Shown piece by piece: positions 7,721 to 17,733 of a DNA stretch of 64,000 bases. The position numbers and the translations under genes are program-made. How positions within the stretch are numbered: the stretch's first letter is position 1; each line of letters starts with the position of its first letter. The notes below the pieces were generated by a model, which worked only from the letters and a program-made list of their open reading frames with translations, made no database searches and was not told where the DNA came from. The DNA is taken from assembly GCA_040385245.1 (NCBI GenBank), contig JAZKHT010000004.1, forward strand, positions 173,233 to 237,232, given 5' to 3'. Source of the stretch: Pseudomonadota bacterium. Its GTDB lineage: Bacteria > Pseudomonadota > Alphaproteobacteria > Rhodobacterales > Rhodobacteraceae.

Positions 7721-8634
7721 GGCAGCACGCCGGGCATGATCGAATACAGTTCCGCCGGACGCAGCAGCAGATCAAGTGCGATCTTGAACGACACTGCCAG
7801 CACCAGCAGCGCCAGCAGGATGCGCAACTGTTCGGCCCGCAACCGAACACCGACCCGCGCCCCGACCTGTGCCCCGATGACACCGCCCAAAATCAGCAGC
7901 ATCGCCAGCAGGATATCGACCGTCTGGCTGGTGACGGCGTGCATGACAGTGGTAAAGGCCGTGACAAAGATGATCTGAAACAACGATGTGCCGACAACCA
8001 CTTTGGTCGGCATCCCCAGCAGATAGATCATCGCGGGCACCATGATGAACCCGCCGCCCACCCCCATGATGGCGGCCAGAAAACCAACCAGCGCGCCCAC
8101 CATCGCGGGCGGCAGGACCGAGATATACAAACCCGACGCGCGGAACTTCACCTTCAACGGCAGCCGATGCACCCAGGTGTGGACATGGCTGCGCCGCACC
8201 GGGCCGCCCTTTTTGGTGCGGAACCAGGCGCGCAGGCTTTCCTGCAACATCATCGCGCCGATCAGGCCCAGAAACAGCACATAGGACAGTTGCACGAACA
8301 GATCGACCTGCCCGCGCGCCGTCATGATGGCGAAAACCCAGATCCCAAAGACCGAACCGATCATGCCGCCGACCAGCAGCACGATCCCCATGCGGAAATC
8401 GACGGCCTTGCGCTTCATCTGCGCCAGCACCCCCGATACCGAGGATGCGACGACCTGATTTGCGCCCGTCGCCACGGCCACAGCAGGCGGAATGCCGATA
8501 AAGAACAGCAATGGCGTGATCAGAAAGCCACCACCGACACCGAACATGCCAGACAAAAAGCCCACGATTCCGCCAAGGCCCAACAAAAGAAAGGCGTTGA
8601 TCGAAACCTCGGCGATGGGGAGGTAAAGCTGCAT
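7717..8634 (-). CDS. sulfite exporter TauE/SafE family permease
   Basis: MQLYLPIAEVSINAFLLLGLGGIVGFLSGMFGVGGGFLITPLL.... ATG 8634 preferred over the ORF-track TTG 8673. Confidence 0.85.
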   Translation of the reverse strand: MQLYLPIAEVSINAFLLLGLGGIVGFLSGMFGVGGGFLITPLLFFIGIPPAVAVATGANQVVASSVSGVLAQMKRKAVDFRMGIVLLVGGMIGSVFGIWVFAIMTARGQVDLFVQLSYVLFLGLIGAMMLQESLRAWFRTKKGGPVRRSHVHTWVHRLPLKVKFRASGLYISVLPPAMVGALVGFLAAIMGVGGGFIMVPAMIYLLGMPTKVVVGTSLFQIIFVTAFTTVMHAVTSQTVDILLAMLLILGGVIGAQVGARVGVRLRAEQLRILLALLVLAVSFKIALDLLLRPAELYSIMPGVLP

Positions 8635-8715
8635 GCGGTGGGGATGGGTCGAAAAAAGGTGCCTGTTGACCAAGGGTTGCGCCCCTTTGGCCCCGTTGTC
8701 AAACGCGCGGGCCTC

Positions 8716-9522
8716 TCATCGGAGGTGGCGAAGGAAATGCCTTAACACACGTTCCAGTTTTGCCGCACCCAAGGGGGCCATCGCCTTTGTATGCTCGTGG
8801 CTGATCTGTTCGTCCGACAGGCCCGCCGCCATGTTGGTGATGGTGGAAATGGCCGCAACCCGCAGCCCCAGAAAGCGCGCAAGGATCACTTCGGGCACCG
8901 TCGACATGCCCACCGCATCCCCGCCCAGACTGCGGATCGCGCGAATCTCGGCGGGCGTTTCGAACGACGGGCCGGAATACCAGGCATACACCCCTTCGGG
9001 CAACGGCACGTCTTCCGCCTTGGCGCTGGCGGTCAGTGCGGCCCGCAGGTCGGGGTCATGTGCCGCTGTCATCGGCACGAACCGCGCATCGGTCTTTTCA
9101 CCGATCAGCGGGTTCAGGCCGGAAAAGTTGATGTGATCCGACAGCATCATCAGATCGCCGGGCCGGATGTCCGCGCGCAGCGATCCTGCGGCGTTGGTGG
9201 CGATCAACGCGCTTGCCCCCAGGCCATGCAACACCGTCAGGGGCAGACGCATCGCGCTAGGATTGCCATTCTCATAGTAATGTTCGCGCGCGCCAAAGAC
9301 CGCGACGCGCACCCCTTCCAGATCACCGATCACAAGGTTCGGATTGTGTCCGGACACGCCAATATGCGGAAAACCGGGCAGATCGGCGTAAGGGATGGTC
9401 ACGCCGCTGACCGCGCCCGCCAGATGCCCCAGGCCCGACCCCAGGATCAGACCCAGCCGCACCGGGGCATTCCCGGCGCGGGCGCGGATCAGGGACAGGC
9501 AGTCCTCAACGTTCTTTGACAT
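8716..9522 (-). CDS. purine-nucleoside phosphorylase (PNP/MTAP family)
   Basis: MSKNVEDCLSLIRA...LILGSGLG...FGAREHYYENG...MSTVPEVILARFLG.... Start moved to ATG 9522. Last gene of the nucleoside ABC operon. Confidence 0.9.
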   Translation of the reverse strand: MSKNVEDCLSLIRARAGNAPVRLGLILGSGLGHLAGAVSGVTIPYADLPGFPHIGVSGHNPNLVIGDLEGVRVAVFGAREHYYENGNPSAMRLPLTVLHGLGASALIATNAAGSLRADIRPGDLMMLSDHINFSGLNPLIGEKTDARFVPMTAAHDPDLRAALTASAKAEDVPLPEGVYAWYSGPSFETPAEIRAIRSLGGDAVGMSTVPEVILARFLGLRVAAISTITNMAAGLSDEQISHEHTKAMAPLGAAKLERVLRHFLRHLR

Positions 9523-10474
9523 ACGGCTCTCCCCCGGCGCGGGGCGGGATCGCCTTGCCAACGACCCCGGCTAGGACAACTACGGTCAAAATATAGGGCA
9601 GCGCGTCCAGTGCCGGAACGGGTATGGACAGGCCGATGGTCTTTTCGATCACATCGGGCCGCAGCGCCAGCGCCTGCAAAAAGCCGAACAGCAGTGTCGC
9701 GTACAGGCAGTACCAGGGCCGCCATTTCGCAAAGATCAACGCGGCCAGCGCAATATATCCGCGCCCCGCCGTCATTTCGCGCCCGAAGCCTGCTTGCAGG
9801 CCGGTCGCCATATAGGCCCCGGCCAAACCGCACAGAACCCCGGTGATCAGCACGGCCGTATAGCGCAACCGCACGACCGAAACCCCGGCAGTATCCACCG
9901 AAGCCGGGTTTTCCCCCACGGCGCGCAAGCGCAGGCCGAACCGCGTGCGAAACAGCACCCACCACGACAGCGGCACCATCAGAAGCGCCACATAGACAAG
10001 GATCGTGTGGCCCGACAGCACCTCGTGATAAAACGGGCCAAGGATCGGCACATCGCGCAACGTATCGGCAAAGGGCAGGGTTATACTGGAAAACCGCGCG
10101 TCGCCAGACAGGGGCGGCGTTCGCCCGCCCTGACCGAACATCCGTTGCGCCACCAGAACCGTAACGCCGGACGCGACAAAGTTAAGCGCCACTCCGGAAA
10201 TCAGCTGATTGCCGCGAAAGGTGATCGATGCCACGCCATGCACCAGCGCAAACAGCAACGCCCCCGCCACCCCGGCGCACAGCCCGATCCAGACCGACCC
10301 GGTGAGGGCGGCAACGGCACCCGAACTCATCGCGGCCATCAGCATCTTGCCTTCCAGCCCGATGTCGAACACGCCCGCCCGTTCCGAATACAGTCCGGCC
10401 AGACAGGCCAGCAGCAGCGGCGTGGCAAGGCGCAATGTCGCGTCCAGCATCTGCAGAAGCGTTGCGTAATCCAT
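9506..10474 (-). CDS. ABC transporter permease (BMP/nucleoside type)
   Basis: Start at MDYATLLQMLDATLRLATPLLLACLAGLYSERAGV (ATG 10474), overlapping the upstream stop as TGATG. The upstream part of the ORF-track frame is not coding. Confidence 0.85.
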   Translation of the reverse strand: MDYATLLQMLDATLRLATPLLLACLAGLYSERAGVFDIGLEGKMLMAAMSSGAVAALTGSVWIGLCAGVAGALLFALVHGVASITFRGNQLISGVALNFVASGVTVLVAQRMFGQGGRTPPLSGDARFSSITLPFADTLRDVPILGPFYHEVLSGHTILVYVALLMVPLSWWVLFRTRFGLRLRAVGENPASVDTAGVSVVRLRYTAVLITGVLCGLAGAYMATGLQAGFGREMTAGRGYIALAALIFAKWRPWYCLYATLLFGFLQALALRPDVIEKTIGLSIPVPALDALPYILTVVVLAGVVGKAIPPRAGGEPYVKER

Positions 10475-11619
10475 CACGCCACCGCCTTTCGCTGCGTGCG
10501 GAAGAACAGGCCCAGCATCATCCGCACCATCTGATCCAGTGCCCCGGTGAACAGGATCACCAAACCCTGCACCACGGTTCGCAACTCGATCGGGATCGAC
10601 GTCCACATGCCAAGTTCGGCCCCGCCCTGATACAGAAAGCCGAACAGGATCGCTGCCAGAAACACGCCCAAGGGATGGTTGCGCCCCATCAGCGCCACCG
10701 CGATGCCGATGAACCCCGCCCCTTCGGCCGAGTTTTGCAGCAACCGCTCGCTTTCGCCCATGACGTTGTTGATCGCCATCATCCCCGACAGCGCGCCCGA
10801 GATCAGCATGGCGACCATGATGATCTTGAACGACGAAATGCCCGCGTAATTCGCGGCCTTTTCCGATTTGCCAAAGGCGCGGATTTCATACCCCAACCGG
10901 GTGCGCCACATCAGTGCCCAGACGACAAAGCATGCGGCCACGGCGATGAAGAACGTGACATTGGCCGGCACACGCTCGTACACCGCCAGCCCGTCCTGCC
11001 CCAACTTTACCGCACCATCGGGGCCGTATTTCAGGAAGAGGTTCTGGATCAGCGGAATATCGTGCAGCGCGGGCAACTTGGCCCCTTCGGGAAACCGGGC
11101 CGAGGCCGGGTCCATCTGCCCCGCAGGGCGCAGCACATTGACCAGCAGATAGATCAGCAGCGCCGCCGCAATATAGTTGAACATGATCGTCGTGATCACG
11201 ATGTGGCTGCCGCGCTTGGCCTGCAACCACGCAGGGATTGCGGCCCATGCCGCCCCGAACACCGCCGCGCCGACCATCGCCGCCATCAGCGCCAGCGTCC
11301 AATGCGGCCAGGGCAGCGCCAGACAGACCAGCGCCACGCCAAGCCCCCCCAGCTGTGCCTGCCCTTCGCCGCCGATGTTGAACAGGCTGCCGTGAAAGGC
11401 CACCGTCACCGCAAGCCCGGTAAAGATGAAACTGGTCGCGTAGTACAGCGTATAGCCCCAGGCGTAGGGCGAACCGACGGCGCCTTCGACCATCACGCGC
11501 AGCGCTTCCATCGGGCTTTGTCCAATGGCCAGCAGCACGCCCGCCGACACCAGCGCCGCCAGCAACAGGCTGATCAACGGCACCAGCACCACATCGGCCC
11601 ATGTTGGCAGTTTGGTCAT
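10474..11619 (-). CDS. ABC transporter permease (BMP/nucleoside type)
   Basis: 381 aa polytopic. ATGA overlap with the ATPase gene. Confidence 0.85.
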   Translation of the reverse strand: MTKLPTWADVVLVPLISLLLAALVSAGVLLAIGQSPMEALRVMVEGAVGSPYAWGYTLYYATSFIFTGLAVTVAFHGSLFNIGGEGQAQLGGLGVALVCLALPWPHWTLALMAAMVGAAVFGAAWAAIPAWLQAKRGSHIVITTIMFNYIAAALLIYLLVNVLRPAGQMDPASARFPEGAKLPALHDIPLIQNLFLKYGPDGAVKLGQDGLAVYERVPANVTFFIAVAACFVVWALMWRTRLGYEIRAFGKSEKAANYAGISSFKIIMVAMLISGALSGMMAINNVMGESERLLQNSAEGAGFIGIAVALMGRNHPLGVFLAAILFGFLYQGGAELGMWTSIPIELRTVVQGLVILFTGALDQMVRMMLGLFFRTQRKAVA

Positions 11620-13199
11620 TTCGCAGCCTCCGCCGAGACGCCGGCCATCAGCAGGCCAAGCGCACGCTCGTTTGTCGTTTCGGGGTCGGCGTGGCCGATC
11701 AGGCGGCCATCGAACATCACGGCGATGCGGTCGGACAGCGACATAATCTCATCCAGTTCCACCGACACCAGCAAGATCGCCTTGCCCGCATCGCGCAGTG
11801 CCACGATCTGGTTGTGGATGAATTCGATCGCACCAATGTCCACGCCGCGCGTCGGCTGGCCGATCAGCAGCAGGTCAGGGTTCCGCTCCATCTCGCGGGC
11901 GACAACGATCTTTTGCTGGTTGCCGCCGGAAAACGACTTCGCTGCCAGCGTCGGGATAGGTGGGCGCACGTCATAGCGTTCCATCTTTTTCGCGGTGTCG
12001 GCGCGCAGGGCGTCATTGTCCATGAACAGCGCGTTCTTCTGGTATTCGGGCGCGTTGTGATAGCCGAAGGCCACGTTTTCCCACGCGCTGAAATCCATGA
12101 TCAGGCCAAGGCTTTGCCGGTCTTCGGGCACATGGGCGATGCCTGCCGCGCGCCGGGTCTGGCCATTGGCCTGCGCACCGGTCAGCGGCAGGTCCACCCC
12201 GTTCAGGGTGATCCGCCCCGTCGCGCGCGCGATGCCGCCCAACGCCTCAAGCAGTTCTGACTGACCGTTGCCCGCAACCCCCGCGATTCCCAAAATCTCG
12301 CCGGCGCGTATTTCGAACGAAACACCCTTCAGGCGTTCGACCCCGTGTTCATCCTTGACCCGCAGGTCCTGCACCACCAGCACCGACTTGCCCGGAGTGG
12401 CGGGGCCTTTTTCCACCTCTAGCAACACTTTGCGGCCCACCATCAATTCGGCCAGCGCCTCGGGGCTGGAGTCGGCGGTATGGACCGTGCCGACCATGGT
12501 GCCGCGCCGCATGACGCTGACGTTATCCGTCGCCTCCATGATCTCGCGTAGCTTGTGGGTGATCAGGATGATGGTTTTTCCCTGTTCTTTCAGCCCCTTC
12601 AGGATGCGGAACAGATGGTCCGCCTCGGCCGGCGTCAGAACCCCGGTGGGTTCGTCCAAGATCAGGATATCGGCCTGCCGGTAAAGTGCCTTCAGGATTT
12701 CCACCCGTTGCTGGTGGCCCACGGACAGATCCTCGATCAGCGCATCGGGATCGACATCCAGTTCGTATTCGCGGCTCAGGTCTGCCAGCACCTTGCGCGC
12801 GGCGGCAAGCGAGCCTTTCAGCAACGCGCCGCTTTCGGCCCCGAGAATGACATTCTCAAGCACCGTGAAATTCTGCACCAGCTTGAAATGCTGGAAAACC
12901 ATGCCGATGCCTGCGCGGATGGCGCTTTGGCTGTCGGGGATGGCAGTCAGTTTGCCATTGATGAAAATCTCGCCCGAGTCGGCTTTGTAAAAGCCGTAGA
13001 GGATCGACATCAATGTCGATTTCCCCGCGCCGTTTTCACCGATGATGCCGTGGATCGTGCCGCGCGGCACCTGCACGGTGATGTCCTTGTTCGCCTGAAC
13101 CGTGCCAAAGGCCTTGGATATGCCCTTCAACTCGATCGCAAAGGGCGAAAGCGGGGCGGCAGTTGCCTGCCGCCCCCCCTTTTCTGGCGTAACGGCCAT
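11616..13199 (-). CDS. ABC transporter ATP-binding protein, duplicated ATPase domains
   Basis: 527 aa. Walker A GENGAGKST, signature LSVGHQQRVEI, second signature FSGGNQQKIVV. Confidence 0.9.
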   Translation of the reverse strand: MAVTPEKGGRQATAAPLSPFAIELKGISKAFGTVQANKDITVQVPRGTIHGIIGENGAGKSTLMSILYGFYKADSGEIFINGKLTAIPDSQSAIRAGIGMVFQHFKLVQNFTVLENVILGAESGALLKGSLAAARKVLADLSREYELDVDPDALIEDLSVGHQQRVEILKALYRQADILILDEPTGVLTPAEADHLFRILKGLKEQGKTIILITHKLREIMEATDNVSVMRRGTMVGTVHTADSSPEALAELMVGRKVLLEVEKGPATPGKSVLVVQDLRVKDEHGVERLKGVSFEIRAGEILGIAGVAGNGQSELLEALGGIARATGRITLNGVDLPLTGAQANGQTRRAAGIAHVPEDRQSLGLIMDFSAWENVAFGYHNAPEYQKNALFMDNDALRADTAKKMERYDVRPPIPTLAAKSFSGGNQQKIVVAREMERNPDLLLIGQPTRGVDIGAIEFIHNQIVALRDAGKAILLVSVELDEIMSLSDRIAVMFDGRLIGHADPETTNERALGLLMAGVSAEAAK

Positions 13200-14194
13200 C
13201 AGAACGTCGCGGCCGGGCAGGTGTTGTCCGACATGTAGTCATGCACGACCAGCTCGCCCGATTTGATCTTTTCGGCGGCGGCGTCCACGGTGGCCTGCAT
13301 TTCCGGCGTCACGAGCGATGCGTTGTTGTCGTCCATCGCATAGCCGACACCGTCATTCGCCAGACCCATGACGTTGATGCCGGGGGTCAGGTTTTCGCCT
13401 TCCTTGAACGCCTCGTACACCGCGTTGTCGACGCGCTTGAGCATTGAGGTCAGGACCGAGCCGGGGTGCATGTAATTCTGGTTGCTGTCGACGCCGATGG
13501 ACAGGATGCCTTCGTCCGCCGCCGCTTGCAGAACGCCCACCCCGGTGCCGCCCGCAGCAGCATAGATCACGTCCGCGCCCTGGCTTTTCTGCGATTTGGC
13601 CAGTTCGGCACCCTTGACCGGGTCATTCCATGCGGCGGGTGTGGTACCGGTCATGTTCAGGATGACGGTCGCATCCGGGTTCACGGCCTTGACCCCTTGA
13701 GCATAGCCGCAGCCGAACTTGCGGATCAGCGGGATGTCCATGCCGCCGATAAAGCCGACCGTGCCGGATTTCGACGCCTGTGCCGCCATCATGCCGACAA
13801 GGAACGATCCTTCGTGTTCATTGAACACCACCGATTTCACGTTGGGCTGGTCAACCACCATGTCGATGATGCCGAACTTGGTGTCCGGGAAATCGGGGGC
13901 GACCTGACCCAGCACGTCGCCAAAGGCAAAGCCTGTCATGATGACGGGGTTGGCACCCGATTCCGCCAGACGGCGCAGCGCCTGTTCGCGCTGTGCTTCG
14001 GACTGCATCTCAAGTTCTTTGTAGGTGCCGCCGGTTTCCTTGGCCCAACGCTCGGCGCCATTGAAGGCCGCTTCGTTGAAGGATTTGTCGAACTTGCCCC
14101 CAAGGTCGAAGATGATCGCAGGCTCGGCTGCGGCAACGCCTGCGGTCAGCGCCAGCGTCGCCGCGGCACCGAAAAGCTGTTTCAGGATGGTCAT
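13199..14194 (-). CDS. BMP-family (basic membrane protein/PnrA-like) substrate-binding protein
   Basis: Start at MTILKQLFGAAATLALTAGVAAAEP (ATG 14194, GGGAGA SD). Signal peptide. ...FDKSFNEAAFNGAERW.... Confidence 0.85.
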   Translation of the reverse strand: MTILKQLFGAAATLALTAGVAAAEPAIIFDLGGKFDKSFNEAAFNGAERWAKETGGTYKELEMQSEAQREQALRRLAESGANPVIMTGFAFGDVLGQVAPDFPDTKFGIIDMVVDQPNVKSVVFNEHEGSFLVGMMAAQASKSGTVGFIGGMDIPLIRKFGCGYAQGVKAVNPDATVILNMTGTTPAAWNDPVKGAELAKSQKSQGADVIYAAAGGTGVGVLQAAADEGILSIGVDSNQNYMHPGSVLTSMLKRVDNAVYEAFKEGENLTPGINVMGLANDGVGYAMDDNNASLVTPEMQATVDAAAEKIKSGELVVHDYMSDNTCPAATF

Positions 14195-14342
14195 GGAAAT
14201 CTCCCGGTTGTCGTTTGGTTCTTGTCGGTTTGCGCCACCCATCACCTCGGTCCGCCAGAGCGGTACGAGCAGGGCGGTTCGTCGCCAATTTAGGGCGAAT
14301 GGCGCAAGGGTGGTCAACACCTATTTGTGGGCGCGGCGCGGC

Positions 14343-14385
14343 AGGTTTTATCTTCTGATCAAATTTCTGGCAGGCTGACCCTGCG
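14343..14385 (-). repeat. degenerate copy of the hairpin-GGATATTT repeat, directly 3' of rimI
   Basis: Minus strand: GCAGG-GTCAG-CCTGC hairpin then CAGAAATTTGATCAGAAGATAAAACC. Compare copy D: CAGGATATTTCTGAACAGATGAAAATGG. Confidence 0.35.
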
Positions 14386-14796
14386 TCAGCTGCGCCGCGC
14401 CATCACAATGGCATCCAGCGGGGTGCCATCGGCCTGCCGGTAATACCCGCGCCTGCGCCCGGATTCGGCAAAACCGGCCGCCTGGTACAACGCCTGCGCA
14501 GGCAAATTGTCAGCAGCCACCTCAAGAAAAACGTCGATAGCCCCACGCGCCCGGGCTAGTTTCAGAAATTCGGCGACAAGCCGTGCACCGATGCCCTGCC
14601 GCCGCGTGGCAGGATCGACGGCCAGCGTCAACACCTCTGCCTCGGCAGCGACGATGCGACCGATCAGAAACCCCGCGCCGTCCTGCAACAACACCCCGTA
14701 AGGCGGGGCGGACAGCGACAGGATCTCTGCCTCTGTCCAGGGCCGCGGCACGGTGAAGCAGGCGGCGTGCAGGCGAGCCAGATCAGCGGTCGTCAC
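14386..14796 (-). CDS. rimI: ribosomal-protein-alanine N-acetyltransferase (GNAT)
   Basis: GTG 14796 overlaps the tsaB stop (GTGA). ...LTLAVDPATRRQGIGARLV...FLEVAADNLPAQALYQAAGF.... Conserved tsaB-rimI pairing. Confidence 0.8.
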   Translation of the reverse strand: MTTADLARLHAACFTVPRPWTEAEILSLSAPPYGVLLQDGAGFLIGRIVAAEAEVLTLAVDPATRRQGIGARLVAEFLKLARARGAIDVFLEVAADNLPAQALYQAAGFAESGRRRGYYRQADGTPLDAIVMARRS

Positions 14797-15407
14797 GGCA
14801 ACAAAACCGGCGGTGGATCGGCGGGCGGGGCCGCATCGGCACCACGCAGATAGAACGGGGCAGGGCGGGGGTGCGTCGTACCCAAGCGTGTGGCCGCAAT
14901 CCGCGCCATGCTTTCCGTCAGCGGACAAACGGGCATCAGAACGGTGCCGCCCGGCACCAGATGCGCGGCAGAGCCTGTCAACGGCAGATCGCCCCCCACC
15001 TGATCCAAGGTGGTCAACCGCGCGGAACCGCCGTCAAAGTCCTGCACATAAACCTCGGCCCGCCGGGCATCCTCGACCACGCGAACGGGCCGGGGCAGTC
15101 CGTGGGCCAAAGCCTCAAGCCGGGTCACACCGATGGCCGGTATCCCAAGGCTCAGGGACAATCCACGCGCCGCCGCGACGGAAATCCGCACGCCGGTGAA
15201 ATTTCCCGGCCCGGTCCCCACGGCCAAAGCATCCAGATCGCCCCAGGACACGCCGCCAGCAGCAAGAACCTCTGTCATCAAGGGGATAAGGCGTTCAGCC
15301 TGGCCCTTGTCCATCGCCTCGTCCCGCAGGGCGACAAGCCGTGTGCCCGACAGCAAGGCGGCCGCGCAATGCGCGGCCGACGTGTCAAAAGCCAGAATCA
15401 AGGGCAT
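14793..15407 (-). CDS. tsaB: tRNA threonylcarbamoyladenosine biosynthesis protein TsaB
   Basis: 204 aa. MPLILAFDTSAAHCAAALLSG...VGTGPGNFTGVRISVAAARGL. Confidence 0.9.
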   Translation of the reverse strand: MPLILAFDTSAAHCAAALLSGTRLVALRDEAMDKGQAERLIPLMTEVLAAGGVSWGDLDALAVGTGPGNFTGVRISVAAARGLSLSLGIPAIGVTRLEALAHGLPRPVRVVEDARRAEVYVQDFDGGSARLTTLDQVGGDLPLTGSAAHLVPGGTVLMPVCPLTESMARIAATRLGTTHPRPAPFYLRGADAAPPADPPPVLLP

Positions 15408-15410
15408 GGA

Positions 15411-15983
15411 TCAGGCCGCGACGGGGCGAACTTCCAGCACTTCGGGAATGTAATGGCGCAAAAGGTTTTCGATCCCCATCTTCAGCGTCAGCGTGCTGGA
15501 CGGGCACCCGGCGCAGGCGCCCTGCATGTGAAGATAGACAACGCCCCGGTCAAAGCCGTGAAAGGTGATGTCGCCGCCATCCTGAGCCACGGCGGGGCGC
15601 ACGCGGGTGTCCAGCAACTCCTTGATCTGGCGCACGATATCGCCATCGGGGCCGTCATGGCTTGCATGGCCGCCACCGTTGGCCGTCACGCCACCTTCGC
15701 CATCGATCACGGGCGCGCCGGATTGGAAATGCTCCATGATCGCGCCAAGGATCGCGGGTTTGATATGATCCCACGCCGCATCTTCCACCTTGGTGACGGT
15801 GACGAAATCGGTGCCGAAAAAGACACCTGTCACACTGCCTGCCGCGAAGATGCGGCTGGCCAAGGGCGATTTCGCCGCAGCCTCGGCACTGGGAAAATCG
15901 GCGGTCCCCATGTCCAGCACGGTCTGACCCGGCAGGAATTTCAGCGTGGCGGGGTTCGGCGTGGATTCGGTCTGGATGAACAT
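15411..15983 (-). CDS. NifU/Nfu-type Fe-S cluster scaffold protein
   Basis: Start MFIQTESTPNPATLKFLPG (ATG 15983). C-terminal ...GACAGCPSSTLTLKMGIENLL... (CxxC NifU motif). Confidence 0.9.
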   Translation of the reverse strand: MFIQTESTPNPATLKFLPGQTVLDMGTADFPSAEAAAKSPLASRIFAAGSVTGVFFGTDFVTVTKVEDAAWDHIKPAILGAIMEHFQSGAPVIDGEGGVTANGGGHASHDGPDGDIVRQIKELLDTRVRPAVAQDGGDITFHGFDRGVVYLHMQGACAGCPSSTLTLKMGIENLLRHYIPEVLEVRPVAA

Positions 15984-16105
15984 GGGGTATCTCCGACTAT
16001 TCCACTCGGATATGCGCTTTGGGGGGCGGGAAGTCAAGTTTGGAACCGTTCTAAGACTACCTGCCATGCACCAATATGGTCGTTGGGGCGAAAATCCCTG
16101 TTGCC

Positions 16106-16561
16106 TCAGGTGATCGCCTCAAGCCGTTCCTTGGACATATCGCCCGGCACGATGGTGATCGGGATCGGCAGGTTGCCGGAATTCCGGCTCATCTGGGTGA
16201 CCAACGGGCCGGGGCCGGATTTGTCAGTCCCGGCACCCAGGACCAGAATGCCGATTTCGGTATCTTCCTTGACCTGGCTCAGGATTTCCGAAACAGGGTC
16301 GCCTTCGCGGATTACCAGTTCGGGGTTGATCCCCTGCTTGTCGCGCATCCACTTGGCGAACACCTCGAAATGCGCCTCGATCCGTTCGCGGGCTTCGGCG
16401 CGCATCAGATCGGCCACGCCCATCCAGTGCTGATACTCCTCGGGCGGGATGATGGACAGGATCTGAACCCCCGCCCCGGTATGGGCCGCCCGCAGCGCGG
16501 CAAAGCGCATCGCGTTCAGGCATTCGCGCGTGTCGTCAAGCACGACGAGGAACTTACGCAT
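16106..16561 (-). CDS. universal stress protein family
   Basis: 151 aa. MRKFLVVLDDTRECLNAMRFAAL...ILVLGAG.... Confidence 0.8.
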   Translation of the reverse strand: MRKFLVVLDDTRECLNAMRFAALRAAHTGAGVQILSIIPPEEYQHWMGVADLMRAEARERIEAHFEVFAKWMRDKQGINPELVIREGDPVSEILSQVKEDTEIGILVLGAGTDKSGPGPLVTQMSRNSGNLPIPITIVPGDMSKERLEAIT

Positions 16562-16618
16562 GGCTGTCTCCTTCGGCGCGGATCATGACCGATCCGCCCC
16601 GTCGCTGGCAAGCGGCCA

Positions 16619-17485
16619 TCAGCGCGGCTGGCTTGCCGCCCAATCCCAATACAGCGCGCGGGCGCGGTCCGTCATCGGGCGATGCCCGAAATGCGTGTCG
16701 TCGAATTGTTTGACGGCAGTCACCTTGGCAAAGTTGCCGGACAGAAAAATCTCGTCCGCAGCGTGCGCATCGTCAAAGGTCAGCACCGTTTCGATCACCT
16801 CGACCCCGTCGGCGCGCAGATTGGCGATATGGCGCGCGCGGGTGATCCCCGCAAGAAAGGTGCCGTTCGGAATGGGCGTGAACACCGCCCCGTCCTTGAC
16901 CAAAAACACGTTCGCTGTTGCACTTTCCGCAAGATTGCCAAGCGCATCGGCCACCAGCGCGTTGCCAAACCCCTTGGCCTGCGCCTCGACCAGCATCCGG
17001 GCGTTGTTGGGGTAAAGACACCCTGCCTTGGCGTTGCAAACCGAATCCTCCAGCACCGGGCGGCGGAACCTTGTGCGTGTCACGGTGGTGGCGAAATCGG
17101 CGGGCGGCATGGCGACCTGTTCCAGACTGATCGCAAAGCCCGTCGCCCCGGCCATCGGTGCAATCCCAAGGTCAGAGCCGTGCAGCGCCCAGTACATCGG
17201 CCGGATATAGACCGCCTGACCGGGGCCGTAATGGGCCAGCCCGTCGCGGATGATACCCTCCATCGTGGATGCATCCATGCTCGGTGTGATCATCAGCGCC
17301 TGCGCACTGGCATTGACGCGGGCGCAGTGCAGCGCCAGATCAGGCACGTAGCCGTCAAAGAACCGCGCCCCGTCGAACACGGATGAACCCTGCCAGATGC
17401 CATGATCGGCGGCCTTCATCACCGCGATGTCGCCGTCGTGCCAACGCCCGTCAAACCAGGTGCGGATATTGGTGCCAAATGCCAT
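16619..17485 (-). CDS. ilvE: branched-chain-amino-acid aminotransferase (class IV PLP enzyme)
   Basis: Start MAFGTNIRTWFDGRWHDGD (ATG 17485). ...NAKAGCLYPNNARMLVEAQAKGFGNALVAD...ESATANVFLVKDG.... The upstream 126 codons of the ORF-track frame are non-coding. Confidence 0.85.
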   Translation of the reverse strand: MAFGTNIRTWFDGRWHDGDIAVMKAADHGIWQGSSVFDGARFFDGYVPDLALHCARVNASAQALMITPSMDASTMEGIIRDGLAHYGPGQAVYIRPMYWALHGSDLGIAPMAGATGFAISLEQVAMPPADFATTVTRTRFRRPVLEDSVCNAKAGCLYPNNARMLVEAQAKGFGNALVADALGNLAESATANVFLVKDGAVFTPIPNGTFLAGITRARHIANLRADGVEVIETVLTFDDAHAADEIFLSGNFAKVTAVKQFDDTHFGHRPMTDRARALYWDWAASQPR

Positions 17486-17625
17486 GATCGAAATCCCTGT
17501 AGTTTGGCGCACCCTAGTCCGGCAACACGGCGCAGGTCCAGCGGCAGGGACGACGATTTTTGATGCAGCCACCGGGCGGACAGCTTTTGCCTGATCCTTC
17601 GCAGAAGGATCGCGCCCGCCGCCAG

Positions 17626-17658
17626 AAAAAACCCCGGACCGTGGGGGGCGGTCCGGGG
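17626..17658 (-). terminator. rho-independent terminator
   Basis: Minus strand: CCCCGGACCG-CCCCCCA-CGGTCCGGGG followed by TTTTTT. About 75 nt after the stop of the disrupted gene 17734..18832. Confidence 0.85.
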
Positions 17659-17733
17659 AAAAGGGCGGGTCTCGATGGGACAGTGATGCCGGACCCACGG
17701 GCAGACGGGGATCGCCCGCAGCCATCCTGCGCT

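Noticed and set aside
10435-11976. 513-aa plus-strand ORF
   Set aside because: Antisense shadow of the two ABC permease genes and the ATPase gene. The His/Arg/Gln/Asp-rich composition is not protein-like.
14195-14342. Possible riboswitch (purine/ZTP-like) in the 190-nt leader of the nucleoside ABC operon
   Set aside because: I could not match the conserved cores of the purine, 2'-dG, ZTP or PRPP classes. Only a weak TTGACC-N17/18-CTAAAT promoter-like pattern is visible.
14871-16433. 520-aa plus-strand ORF
   Set aside because: Antisense to tsaB, the nfu-type gene and usp, all of which have clear motifs. It is a shadow frame.
16578-16597. Hairpin GCGGATC-N6-GATCCGC between ilvE-like and usp, considered as a terminator
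   Set aside because: No T-tract follows on the transcribed strand, and it lies only about 17 nt from the usp start. It is probably just an intercistronic structure.
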